From Minisyncoccota bacterium (GTDB lineage: Bacteria; Patescibacteriota; Minisyncoccia; Phycocordibacterales; XYD1-FULL-46-19), in contig JBAZMZ010000003.1 of assembly GCA_041649495.1 (NCBI GenBank), positions 6,602 through 70,601 on the forward strand: 64,000 nt of DNA. The letters run 5' to 3'. How positions within the stretch are numbered: the stretch's first letter is position 1; each line of letters opens with the position of its first letter. Below are positions 1 to 9,558 of the stretch, one piece after another. The translations under genes were made by a program, and so were the position numbers. Below the pieces are notes generated by a model. That model saw nothing but the letters and a program-made list of their open reading frames with translations. It did no database searches and was not told the origin of the DNA.

Positions 1-332
1 GGTGAGCAATTCGGATCGCCACCTTGGATCATGAAGTCTTTAATGACCCGATGAAAATTGAGGCCGTCATAATAACCGGCTTGAGCTAATTTCACAAAAT
101 TGGCGACGGTGTTGGGGGCGTCGTTGGTATAAGTTTCAAATTGAATTTCGCCGAGCGAAGTGTCTAAAGTGATGATAGGTGACATAATTTTATTTGCTTG
201 TCCCGAGCTTGTCGCGGGGAGTGAATTAGGTTGAGTAATAGGAGGATTTGAACGACTGGCGCCCCAACCGATAATAATAAGAGCAATAACAATCACGACT
301 AAAATGAGACTAATCAAAGTTTTGTTGGACAT
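1..332 (-). CDS. Cyclophilin-type peptidyl-prolyl isomerase with N-terminal membrane anchor (partial, runs off window start)
   Basis: Manual translation of the minus strand: [22 protein letters not shown]...[36 protein letters not shown], the cyclophilin signature. Not in the ORF track. Confidence 0.9.
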   Translation of the reverse strand, partial: MSNKTLISLILVVIVIALIIIGWGASRSNPPITQPNSLPATSSGQANKIMSPIITLDTSLGEIQFETYTNDAPNTVANFVKLAQAGYYDGLNFHRVIKDFMIQGGDPNCS

Positions 333-382
333 GAAAAAATTGATTAATTGATAATTATAAAAAAGTATAGCAGAATAGGTCA

Positions 383-1387
383 ATGATTGGCAAAAAACCT
401 CCTAATCAGCTAAAGCAGGAGATTGCTTGGCTAAAACGGGAGAAGTATGGCTTGGGAGAAGTCCAACTTCAAGTGAGCCCGAAGTTGGACTTCGCGCAAG
501 CTAGACAATTTAAAAAAGACCTCGAACGGCTCAACGATGGTGAGCCGTTAGATTATGTCATCGGCTGGCGAGATTTTTTGGGTTGTCGGATTGACCTTTC
601 GGCCAAACCGCTCATCCCGCGCGCCGAAACCGAATTTTGGGTCGAGCAGGCGATTAAAGAGCTCGGCGAAATGGGCGAGGCGGTTAGACGAGATCGTTTT
701 TTGTGTAACGAAATGGGATCTCGCAAAACTAAAACCGGAGTACGAAATCATTTCAACTTCGCGAAACCGAACAAAGCTACTTGCGAAGTCGCATTTAGTT
801 CCACAAAAAACGACTTCTCACGACCGCTTCGAGTCCTTGACCTCTTTGCTGGCTCGGGTTGCATCGGTCTCGCGGTGCTCAAACATTGTCCTAATGCTCA
901 CGTGACCTTCGGTGAAAAAGATCCCAAACTTTGCGCGCAAATTAAGAAAAATCTCAAACTGAATCAAATTCCCGCTAGTCGCGCCAAAGTCAGTCAAACC
1001 AACCTATTTAAGCCTTATTTATCGAAGTTCGACTTCGATACCTTACAAAAAGGTGGAAAACTTGATCGGTTTGATGTTGTCTTGGCCAATCCGCCTTATG
1101 TCCCAACCAGAAAGAGTAAAGTGCAAAAATCAGTTAAAGATTGGGAACCAAAAGAAGCACTTTTTGCTGGCAATGATGGTTTGGTTATCATCAAAAAATT
1201 TCTGAAGCAAGCCAGGCTGCATCTTGAGTCAGCCTGCCCTGAGCGTAGTCGAAGGGGTAAAATTTATCTCGAATTTGGCTATGGGCAAAAATTGGCTATC
1301 ACCAAATTACTTAAGCAATTCGGCTATTCAAACTGGCAATTTCACCAAGATCAATTCGGCAAATGGCGCTGGGTAGTGGTAGAATAA
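383..1387 (+). CDS. prmC: Release factor glutamine methyltransferase HemK/PrmC, with four palindromic in-frame insertions
   Basis: [30 protein letters not shown] and NPPY motifs. Confidence 0.9.
   Translation: MIGKKPPNQLKQEIAWLKREKYGLGEVQLQVSPKLDFAQARQFKKDLERLNDGEPLDYVIGWRDFLGCRIDLSAKPLIPRAETEFWVEQAIKELGEMGEAVRRDRFLCNEMGSRKTKTGVRNHFNFAKPNKATCEVAFSSTKNDFSRPLRVLDLFAGSGCIGLAVLKHCPNAHVTFGEKDPKLCAQIKKNLKLNQIPASRAKVSQTNLFKPYLSKFDFDTLQKGGKLDRFDVVLANPPYVPTRKSKVQKSVKDWEPKEALFAGNDGLVIIKKFLKQARLHLESACPERSRRGKIYLEFGYGQKLAITKLLKQFGYSNWQFHQDQFGKWRWVVVE
458..493. repeat. Family A REP doublet, in frame in prmC
   Basis: GAAGTCCAACTTC-AAGTGAGCCC-GAAGTTGGACTTC. Confidence 0.9.
677..830. repeat. REPIN-like long hairpin, in frame in prmC
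   Basis: Imperfect 50-bp inverted arms 677-726 and 781-830. Confidence 0.8.
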
Positions 1388-1395
1388 GTAAAACC

Positions 1396-1998
1396 ATGTT
1401 TAAAAATAAAAATTGGCAAAATCGTTGGATAAACAAAAATCGCTGGCCCGAGAGCCTGTTTGCTAAACGGGTTTGGCTATTTCTCAAAAATAAGAAGGTC
1501 AAAACTCTGCTTGATCTCGGTTGTGGCGGTGGTCGCGATTCGCAGTATTTTTCTCGCCGAGGGCTTAAAGTTGTGGCTCTTGACATCCTTCGGAGTGAGG
1601 ATCAACAAGAAAAATTAAAACAAAATAATATTCCCTTTGTCAAAAGCGACATTAGGAAGCTTAAACTTAAGGGCAATTCTTTTGATGTCATTTATGCCCA
1701 TCTTAGCCTCCACTATTTTAATAATAAAACGACCGACAAAGTTTTTAGTAATTTACACAAAATTCTTAAGCCGGGCGGTTATCTTTTTATAAAATGCAAA
1801 TCGGTTAATGACCCGCTCTATGGCAAAGGCAAGAAAATAGAAGAGAATTTTTACGAAGAAGAACATTTGCGCCACTTCTTTTCTAAAGATTATATGAGAG
1901 AAAAATTAAAGAACTTTAAGATTATCAAGATTACTCAAACCAGCACCTTTAAACGTCCCAGCAAAGCTTCATTTATTGAAGCTTTTGCTCAAAAATAA
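1396..1998 (+). CDS. Class I SAM-dependent methyltransferase
   Basis: LLDLGCGGGRD motif I, FDVIYAHLSLHY, LKPGG; ATG at 1396 preferred over the overlapping upstream start. Confidence 0.85.
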   Translation: MFKNKNWQNRWINKNRWPESLFAKRVWLFLKNKKVKTLLDLGCGGGRDSQYFSRRGLKVVALDILRSEDQQEKLKQNNIPFVKSDIRKLKLKGNSFDVIYAHLSLHYFNNKTTDKVFSNLHKILKPGGYLFIKCKSVNDPLYGKGKKIEENFYEEEHLRHFFSKDYMREKLKNFKIIKITQTSTFKRPSKASFIEAFAQK

Positions 1999-1999
1999 A

Positions 2000-3274
2000 A
2001 TGAAAAAAACAGAAAACAATTACGATGTTATCGTTATCGGGGGCGGACCGTCAGGGATGATGGCGGCGGGGGGGGCTGGAGAGCGGGGCAAGAAAGTTTT
2101 GTTGTTGGAGAAAAATGAACGGCTTGGCGACAAGCTCAAGGCAACCGGTGGTGGGCGATGCAATATTACCAACGCCGAGGAGGACAAGGAGGCTCTACTT
2201 CGTCATTATGGTCAGGCCAAAGATTTTCTCCAATCGCCTTTTTCTCAATTTGGTGTCAAAGATACTTTTGCTTTTTTTGAAAACCAAGGACTGCCCTTGG
2301 TGGTTGAGGCACGGAAGCGCGCTTTCCCGGCGACGCAAAAAGCGGGGGATGTTTTTCGAGTTCTTGAGAAATTTATGCGAACTGGCAAAGTTGCCATCAA
2401 AACTGGTGCCCAAGTTGTTAAGTTAATTAAAGATAATGATCAAAAAGTCACTGGGGTGATTCTGGCCAATCACGAGAAGTGTTTTGCCTCCAATTTTATC
2501 TTCGCCACTGGCGGTCTCTCTCATCCCGAACTGGGCGCAACGGGTGATGGCTTCGCGTGGCTTAAGTCGCTGGGCCACACCGTCAAAGAATCTTCGCCCG
2601 ATATTGTGCCCCTCGCGGTTAAAGAAAAATGGGTGAAGGATCTCTCGGGCGTGTCGCTTTCGTTTATGAAAATTACTTTTTTTCTGGACGGCGTGAAAAA
2701 GTTTTCGAAAAAAGGCAAAATTCTTTTTACGCACTTTGGTTTGTCAGGGCCACTTATCTTAAATTCGGCCCGCGAAGTAAAATATTTGATTCAAACTGGA
2801 GGCATAGTCACAGCGCAAATTGACACTTGTCCCGACACCGATATTGGCTCGCTTGAGAAGCAAGTGATTAAAATTTTGGATCAAAACAAAAATAAAAGTT
2901 TGAAAAATGTTCTGCCCGAAATTGCCCCTGACGGTCTGGCTCCCGCTCTGATTAATTTACTAACTAAAAAAACCTGGCCGGTCAGGCTAGATTTAGCTAA
3001 AAAAGTTCACAGCCTCACCAAAGAAGAGCGTCGTGTGATTGTCGATTTGCTCAAAGCTCTCCCCCTCACTATCACTGGTCTCATGGGCTTCGATCGAGCG
3101 GTGGTCTCGGATGGGGGAGTTGATTTGGCTGAAATTGATACCCGCGCCATGCGTTCGCGTCTCCACCCTAATATCTATGTCACGGGCGATCTTCTCAATA
3201 TCTCTCGCCCCTCCGGTGGCTTCTCCCTCCAACTCTGCTGGACGACGGGATATGTCGCGGGGAAGAGTGTGTGA
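2000..3274 (+). CDS. HI0933/YhiN (BaiN) family flavoprotein
   Basis: VIGGGPSGMMAA, TGGGRCNITN, ATGGLS..GATGDG, LFTHFGLSGP and GGFSLQLCWTTG motifs. Confidence 0.9.
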   Translation: MKKTENNYDVIVIGGGPSGMMAAGGAGERGKKVLLLEKNERLGDKLKATGGGRCNITNAEEDKEALLRHYGQAKDFLQSPFSQFGVKDTFAFFENQGLPLVVEARKRAFPATQKAGDVFRVLEKFMRTGKVAIKTGAQVVKLIKDNDQKVTGVILANHEKCFASNFIFATGGLSHPELGATGDGFAWLKSLGHTVKESSPDIVPLAVKEKWVKDLSGVSLSFMKITFFLDGVKKFSKKGKILFTHFGLSGPLILNSAREVKYLIQTGGIVTAQIDTCPDTDIGSLEKQVIKILDQNKNKSLKNVLPEIAPDGLAPALINLLTKKTWPVRLDLAKKVHSLTKEERRVIVDLLKALPLTITGLMGFDRAVVSDGGVDLAEIDTRAMRSRLHPNIYVTGDLLNISRPSGGFSLQLCWTTGYVAGKSV

Positions 3275-3286
3275 TAAAATATAATT

Positions 3287-3787
3287 ATGAAAATAGAGAA
3301 TAAATTGCACCTCTGGGGTGAAGTTTTTGATATTTTGTATGAGGATCTCGATGATTTTTCCGTTTTGCCTCGTGAATTATGCACTCAAGTCTATGGAGTT
3401 TGTTTTTGCGACGACAAATTAGTAATTGGTTTCGGCGGGAAGAAAAATGGTTGGGGTTTAATCGGGGGAACGATTGAGCCGACTGAAACCTTCGACGAAA
3501 CGCTTAAACGAGAAATTATCGAAGAGTCAAATATGGAAGTGATAAAGTGGTTGCCGATTGGTTATCAAAAGATTACCGATAAAAATGGACAGGTTAAGTA
3601 TCAGTTAAGAACAGCTTGTCTCGTCCGTAAACTCGGAGAGTTTTTAAGCGATCCTGCTGGCAGTATTAAGGAGGTAAAATTAATTAATCCGGCTACTTAT
3701 AAAGAATATTTTGACTGGGGTGAGATTGGTGACAGAATCATAAATCGCGCCTTAGAATTAAAGATTAAATTAGAAGATGGTATTTAA
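3287..3787 (+). CDS. NUDIX hydrolase
   Basis: GGTIEPTETFDETLKREIIEES Nudix box. Confidence 0.85.
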   Translation: MKIENKLHLWGEVFDILYEDLDDFSVLPRELCTQVYGVCFCDDKLVIGFGGKKNGWGLIGGTIEPTETFDETLKREIIEESNMEVIKWLPIGYQKITDKNGQVKYQLRTACLVRKLGEFLSDPAGSIKEVKLINPATYKEYFDWGEIGDRIINRALELKIKLEDGI

Positions 3788-3808
3788 ATCATCGTTAGAA
3801 AAAAATAA

Positions 3809-4304
3809 ATGCCAGAACATAAATTAAAAATTCATTCTTATCAAAAAAGTTTTCCGGCCCAATTTGCAAAAATTAAAGCGAAGCTGTCAGAGGTTTTGCC
3901 CGTGTCGGCCGAGATTGAACATATTGGCAGTACGTCTGTCCCCGGTTTGGGCGGTAAGGGCATTATCGATATCTTGATTGCTTTACCAAATTGGCATCAA
4001 GAAAAAGAGATTATTGCGAATTTACAAAAATTGGGTTACGCGCATCTTCACCCGCGTAAGAGGGGTCATATTTTTTTAAGTCCGGTCGCTGAGACAAAAA
4101 AAGGGCGATCCCCATCTTCATATAGTTTTGAAAAAGAGTGCTGGCCACAGGGGTCTATTAAAATTTCGTGATCAATTATGTTGTCGGTCGAAACTTTTAA
4201 AAGAATATCAAGAATTAAAAAATAGATTAACTAAAGAAAACAAAAATCGTACCGAATACGGCAGGCTTAAAGCTGATTTTATTAAAAAAGTGATTAAAAA
4301 ATAA
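3809..4304 (+). pseudogene. GrpB-family (dephospho-CoA kinase C-terminal-like) gene, frameshifted
   Basis: IEHIGSTSVPGLGGKGIIDI motif. The family C-terminus (HLHIV...LLKFRDQL...EYQELK...EYGRLKADFI) continues in the +1 frame after the A7G3 run at about 4096-4105. Confidence 0.75.
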
Positions 4305-4344
4305 AGGCTGGGCGTGCGAGGGAAATTTGTGATAAGATAAAATT

Positions 4345-4505
4345 ATGGAAAATTTATCTCAAAGTCAATTCGAGTCGTTTCTTGGTCAGAAAGTAAAAAT
4401 CAAAATTGATCGAGCTTTAGGTACCAACCACCCCAAGCACTGACGACGAAATTCGCCAAGCCACCAATTTTCAAGAGCAATTTTTTAAATCGGTTATAAT
4501 CAGAA
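4345..4505 (+). pseudogene. Internally deleted small inorganic-pyrophosphatase-like gene remnant
   Basis: N-terminus LGQKVKIKIDRALGTNHPKH is joined out of frame to the C-terminal DDEIRQATNFQEQFFKSVIIR; the middle is missing. Confidence 0.55.
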
Positions 4506-4663
4506 CCCCTCTTTGATTTTTTGAGTAAATCTGTTATAATTTGATCGGGTGTTGTTTCTTTACAATCAATCACTATCGTCACTGGGATTTGTCATTGAAT
4601 CTCAAAAAGAAAACTACTTTGGCGACGGCGAGCCAAGAGTTATTATGTCGAAAGTTAGATAAG

Positions 4664-4903
4664 ATGAAATTCTATCGAATTAAAATCTATTGCGCCAATT
4701 GTCACACCCATTTGTACGATTATGACAAAGATATGGTGGGGCATTTGATCAAGTGCTACAAGGAACGAATTGTGACTGATTACACCAAGGGCGATTTAAC
4801 TTGTCCCAATTGTGGCGAAGTTTTTGCGCGTGAGGCAATGTATCACGGGATGCTAGCCAATAAGATTATCCAAGGCAAGGTCTACCACAAGGGGCATTGC
4901 TAA
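4664..4903 (+). CDS. Small Zn-ribbon protein
   Basis: CANC and CPNC pairs; ATG at 4664. Confidence 0.7.
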   Translation: MKFYRIKIYCANCHTHLYDYDKDMVGHLIKCYKERIVTDYTKGDLTCPNCGEVFAREAMYHGMLANKIIQGKVYHKGHC

Positions 4904-5187
4904 AGTTATCCCCTTCAAAGCTAGCTAAAAACGGACAAATCGGTTAAAATATAATTGGTTGTTCTTTTGGTTAGGAATCGAAGCACGTAGGAAGGTGTGG
5001 CCTTCAAGTTTTTCAATCGTTTCCCCTGGAAACGATTCCCCACAAACACCACATTCCTCCTACTCATCTTCTATTCCCAACACCCGCTCACCACCGCCCT
5101 CCTTCCATTTTCGGAAGTCGAGGGCGGTTTTCTTGACAGGTCTGCCCCGTCGCCCATTGTTGTGGCGGAGGGTAGCGGAGTCCGTTT

Positions 5188-5232
5188 CCCCGCGCGCCTG
5201 GTTTGAGACTAGACGCGCGGGGCTTTTTTTTT
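5188..5232 (+). terminator. Intrinsic terminator-like hairpin
   Basis: CCCCGCGCG...CGCGCGGGG stem followed by a T9 run. Confidence 0.7.
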
Positions 5233-5267
5233 GTGCAAAATAAGTGATTTAGTAGTAAAATACGAGT

Positions 5268-6044
5268 ATGAAAAAAATAATTATCGTAATCCTTGCTCTT
5301 GTTGTTGTTAGTATTATTGGAATCGGATTTTATTGGTCGCGACAATCAAAGGTAATTCCGGCTGGTGGGGTGATTAATGCGGTCACTTTTAATTGCCAAG
5401 ACGAAAAAGCGATTGACGCCATCTTTTTCAAGAATCGAGTTGAGCTAACTTTGAATGATGGGCGCCATTGGCTTTTAAATCAGACGATTTCGGCCTCAGG
5501 CGCGCGCTATGCGAATGAGGATGAGAGTTTCGTCTTTTGGAACAAGGGTGACACCGCTTTTATTACTGAAAACGGGGTAACGACTTTTGCTAATTGTGTT
5601 TTGGCCGAGAACAATCAAACTGGCATCGCCGAACAGTATTTTAGTCAAAATTTTAAAAAGTTTGTTGACAATAAAACTGGTATCACCTTCGAATATCCTG
5701 ACCAACTTTTGACCAAATATATTTCGGCGGTTAATTGGCCACCGAAGGCTCAAGATCTTAATAAACCTTTTGCTTGTGTCGAAACGGCGAAGCAGATAAT
5801 TAACGGCCAAGATTATTGTGTGACGAAGACGAGCGAGGGGGCAGTGGGCAGTATTTATACAACTTATACTTATGCTTTCCCTTATAATAATACAACCCTA
5901 ACTCTCAATTTTACCTTGCGTCTAGTGCAATGTGGCAATTATGATGACCCCAAGAAGAGCGAGTGCGAGCAAGAGCGAACAATTTTCAATCCCGACAACG
6001 CTCTCGACCAAATCGCTCAAAGCTTAACTTTTCAAATTCAATAA
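5268..6044 (+). CDS. Exported protein with MliC/PliC-like lysozyme-inhibitor domain
   Basis: N-terminal hydrophobic anchor; ISASGARYAN..FWNKGDTAFI MliC motif. Confidence 0.75.
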   Translation: MKKIIIVILALVVVSIIGIGFYWSRQSKVIPAGGVINAVTFNCQDEKAIDAIFFKNRVELTLNDGRHWLLNQTISASGARYANEDESFVFWNKGDTAFITENGVTTFANCVLAENNQTGIAEQYFSQNFKKFVDNKTGITFEYPDQLLTKYISAVNWPPKAQDLNKPFACVETAKQIINGQDYCVTKTSEGAVGSIYTTYTYAFPYNNTTLTLNFTLRLVQCGNYDDPKKSECEQERTIFNPDNALDQIAQSLTFQIQ

Positions 6045-6135
6045 TTAGCCAATTAGACAATTAGAATAAATTTATGATGGGAAAAGAAAAAATAGAAATT
6101 AACCCAGGAGAAAAGTACCAGAAGGAGCGACAGAT

Positions 6136-6321
6136 ATGGAATCGGCCTTGTTTTGGGCTACCCACATGGATGAACCTTGCGGGGTCGAAGTTGAATCAGG
6201 GAAGGTCAATCTCCGGGATTTTTATCTGCGCGAAGCTCAAGAGGCGCTTGGTCAGATTGTTGAGCCCGACGCCCGACGATTTTTAGAATTGGAAATTAAA
6301 CGACATCAAGAAGCCCATTAA
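6136..6321 (+). CDS. Hypothetical small protein
   Basis: ORF with AAGGAG upstream; no recognisable motif. Confidence 0.35.
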   Translation: MESALFWATHMDEPCGVEVESGKVNLRDFYLREAQEALGQIVEPDARRFLELEIKRHQEAH

Positions 6322-6391
6322 CGATTCCAAGGACTACCCTTGGAAAAAATAAAAAATTTGTAAAAGATGGGATTCGTGCTATACTGGGAGT

Positions 6392-6628
6392 GTGAAGAAT
6401 AACTACAAGAAAGAACAAGAGGTTAATTTTGTGGGGATGACGCTAGGAGAATTTATTGATTACTATAATGAAAACACGCCCGCGGCCATGCCTCGAGCAA
6501 CCAAAAACGCGCTTAAAGAATTTCAGACTTCTCACGCCAACATTTTTGACGAAAGTGGCCTCTGGACTATCGACAAACATCGTCGGCGCGTGATGGATTG
6601 GCTCTCCTCGTATCACGCCGAAGCTTAA
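6392..6628 (+). CDS. Hypothetical protein
   Basis: 78-aa ORF with protein-like composition, preceded by TGCTATACT (-10-like). Confidence 0.6.
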   Translation: MKNNYKKEQEVNFVGMTLGEFIDYYNENTPAAMPRATKNALKEFQTSHANIFDESGLWTIDKHRRRVMDWLSSYHAEA

Positions 6629-7122
6629 TTTATTTAACTATGAAAAATACCGGCAAAGTGGGCAATAAAAAGGGGGCACCGAAATTTCGGACGCCATCAA
6701 CTTTTATGGCTAATCAGAGTTTAAAAAACAATTTTAAAGTTCAGAATAACTTCAAAAGTCGTCCAACCAAGGTCTTCAATCGCGGGAAATAAGTTAGTTC
6801 TAAAACTTTTTAGGCAAAAAGAAAAGCCAAGCTTGTCTTGTCTCATCGAAACCCCGGGGGATAAGGCTCTTTGAGATCGCTTGGCTTTCTGAGAGCCTGT
6901 CTTCTGTGAGGCAGAAGGAAAGGCTCTCTTTCGGGGGGAAGAACAAAAAGAAGGAAGCGAGCGGGGCGTGGATTGCCGCGGGCGAAGCGGGTGAGGCTTA
7001 CTTTTTCTGACACCCTGCCCACTTCCAACTCAAAGAATGTTTAATCTGCTTGGAAGTCTATCAGATTCCCCCAGAATATGCAAGTTTTGTCTATTTTTAT
7101 TAATCCTGTATAATTAACAGAT

Positions 7123-9555
7123 ATGGAAAAATCTAAAGAATTTATTATTTGGTTCAAGGATCTCGCTATCTCGGATATCCCCCTCGTCGGTGGCAAAAAC
7201 GCGGCGTTGGGTGAGATGTTTAATAATTTAGTGCAAATGGGAGTCAATGTGCCCAACGGTTTTGCCATTACGGCCTACGCCTATTCATATTTTCTTGAGA
7301 AAACGGGTTTGAAAAATAAAATTAAAGAAGTTCTCACCGATCTCGATACCCACAATATTCTTGATTTGCAAAAGCGAGGGCACAAGGTGCGTGAGTTGAT
7401 TATTAACGAAGAATTGCCCGAAGAATTGCGCGTTGAGATTATCTCGGCCTATCAAAAATTGAGTTCGAGTTATCATGCTAAAAATGTGGATGTCGCCGTG
7501 CGTTCCTCGGCCACGGCCGAAGATTTGCCGGGGGCCTCGTTTGCCGGTCAACAAGAAACTTTCCTCAATATCAATAGCGAGAAGGAATTAATGCTGGCCG
7601 TGCGCAAATGTATGGCCTCACTCTTCACCAATCGCGCCATTTCTTATCGCTTTGATAAAGGCTTCTCGATGTTTGATGTTTTGTTGTCGGTGGGGGTGCA
7701 AAAGATGGTGCGGAGTGACTTGGGCTCGTCGGGGGTGATGTTCTCAATTGATACCGAAACCGGTTTTGATAAAGTCGTCATCATCAATGCTTCTTATGGT
7801 TTGGGTGAGATGGTGGTCTTGGGTCGGGTAACACCCGACGAATACACGGTTTTCAAACCATCGCTCGAGCGTGGTTATCACTCAATTTTGTCAAAGACGC
7901 TTGGTCAGAAGGATGTTAAATTAATTTATGACAAGAAGGGGACAAAGCCGGTTAAAGTGTCGGTGGCCGACTTTAATAAATTTGCGTTAACCGATGACGA
8001 AATTACCAAATTGGCGGTTTGGGGAATGACGATCGAGAAATATTTTTCGAACAAACATAATCGCTATCAACCGATGGATATGGAGTGGGCTAAGGATGGC
8101 AAAACTGGCGAACTTTATATTGTTCAAGCTCGACCTGAGACGATTCATGCTGGCACCGACAAAAATGTTTACTCCGAATATGTTTTAGGCAAAAAAAGTA
8201 AAGAAATTCTTCGGGGCACCGCGATTGGCGCCAAGATTGCGTCAGGCCGAGTGCGAATTATTCGCGATGCCAAACAGATGAGCACTTTCAAGAAGGGTGA
8301 AATTTTGGTGACCGAAATTACCGATCCCGACTGGGAACCGATTATGAAGATTGCCTCGGCCATTATTACCGAGAAGGGCGGGCGCACTAGTCACGCGGCG
8401 ATTGTCTCGCGCGAGTTGGGCGTGCCGTGCATTGTGGGCACCGGTCAGGCCACAAAAAAATTAAAAAATAATCAATTGATTACCGTCGATTGTTCCTCGG
8501 GCAAAGATGGTATTGCTTATGAAGGTAAACTTGAATTTGAGGTCAAAGAGCATCATTTGGATCGCTTGCCCAAGACGCGAACGAAGGTGATGGTTAATAT
8601 TGGTTCACCCGAAGATGCTCGGCGCAATTTTCATTTGCCCACGGCGGGGGTGGGCCTGGGTCGGCTGGAATTTATCATCAGCTCGTATATTAAAGTTCAC
8701 CCTAATGCCCTTTTGAATTACAAAGAATTGCAAAGGAGTAAGGACCCGCGCGCCAAGAAGGCGGTGGCCTCAATCAACGAATTAGCTAAGGAATACAAAA
8801 ACAAAACTGATTATTATGTCGGCGAATTAGCCGAGGGCGTGTCGTTAATTGCGGCCGCTTTTTATCCTCACGATGTGATTATCCGTTTTTCGGATTTCAA
8901 AACCAACGAGTATCGCACGCTAATTGGCGGTGATTTGTATGAGCCGGAGGAGGAAAACCCGATGATTGGTTGGCGGGGCGCCTCGCGTTATTATGATCCC
9001 AAATTCCGCAAAGCGTTTGCGTTGGAGTGCAAGGCGCTCTACAAAGTGCGTCAGGAAATGGGCTTTGCCAATATTATCCCGATGATTCCTTTTTGCCGGA
9101 CCGTTGAGGAGGCTAAACAAGTGGTGGCGATTATGGAGGAGGCTGGTCTCGATCGCCAAGCGGATTCGTCACTCAAAATTTATGTGATGTGCGAAATTCC
9201 GTCGAATGTGACGGAGGCCGAAGAATTTCTCGAAATTTTTGACGGGATGTCGATTGGCTCGAATGATTTAACGCAATTAACGCTTGGCCTCGATCGTGAT
9301 TCGAATTTAATCAGCCATATTGCCAACGAGAATCATCCGTCGGTGAAAAAATTAATCGAAGTAGCGATTAGCGCTTGTCGACGAAATCACAAATACATCG
9401 GCATTTGCGGTCAGGCGCCGTCTGATTATCCCGAATATGCCGAGTTCTTGGTCAAAAATGGCATTGAGAGCATTTCGCTTAATCCTGATACTGTGATTAA
9501 AACTCTGCCTATTATCGAAGAAGCGGAGAAAAAATATCCAGCGCCTAATGCTTAA
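7123..9555 (+). CDS. ppsA: Phosphoenolpyruvate synthase
   Basis: VGGKNA, VRSSATAEDLPGASFAGQ, GGRTSHAAIVSRE and SIGSNDLTQ motifs. Confidence 0.97.
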   Translation: MEKSKEFIIWFKDLAISDIPLVGGKNAALGEMFNNLVQMGVNVPNGFAITAYAYSYFLEKTGLKNKIKEVLTDLDTHNILDLQKRGHKVRELIINEELPEELRVEIISAYQKLSSSYHAKNVDVAVRSSATAEDLPGASFAGQQETFLNINSEKELMLAVRKCMASLFTNRAISYRFDKGFSMFDVLLSVGVQKMVRSDLGSSGVMFSIDTETGFDKVVIINASYGLGEMVVLGRVTPDEYTVFKPSLERGYHSILSKTLGQKDVKLIYDKKGTKPVKVSVADFNKFALTDDEITKLAVWGMTIEKYFSNKHNRYQPMDMEWAKDGKTGELYIVQARPETIHAGTDKNVYSEYVLGKKSKEILRGTAIGAKIASGRVRIIRDAKQMSTFKKGEILVTEITDPDWEPIMKIASAIITEKGGRTSHAAIVSRELGVPCIVGTGQATKKLKNNQLITVDCSSGKDGIAYEGKLEFEVKEHHLDRLPKTRTKVMVNIGSPEDARRNFHLPTAGVGLGRLEFIISSYIKVHPNALLNYKELQRSKDPRAKKAVASINELAKEYKNKTDYYVGELAEGVSLIAAAFYPHDVIIRFSDFKTNEYRTLIGGDLYEPEEENPMIGWRGASRYYDPKFRKAFALECKALYKVRQEMGFANIIPMIPFCRTVEEAKQVVAIMEEAGLDRQADSSLKIYVMCEIPSNVTEAEEFLEIFDGMSIGSNDLTQLTLGLDRDSNLISHIANENHPSVKKLIEVAISACRRNHKYIGICGQAPSDYPEYAEFLVKNGIESISLNPDTVIKTLPIIEEAEKKYPAPNA

Positions 9556-9558
9556 AAG

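Noticed and set aside
4096-4105. AAAAAAG as a programmed -1 frameshift in the GrpB-like gene
   Set aside because: Restoring the protein needs a +1 shift, so mutation or sequencing error is more likely.
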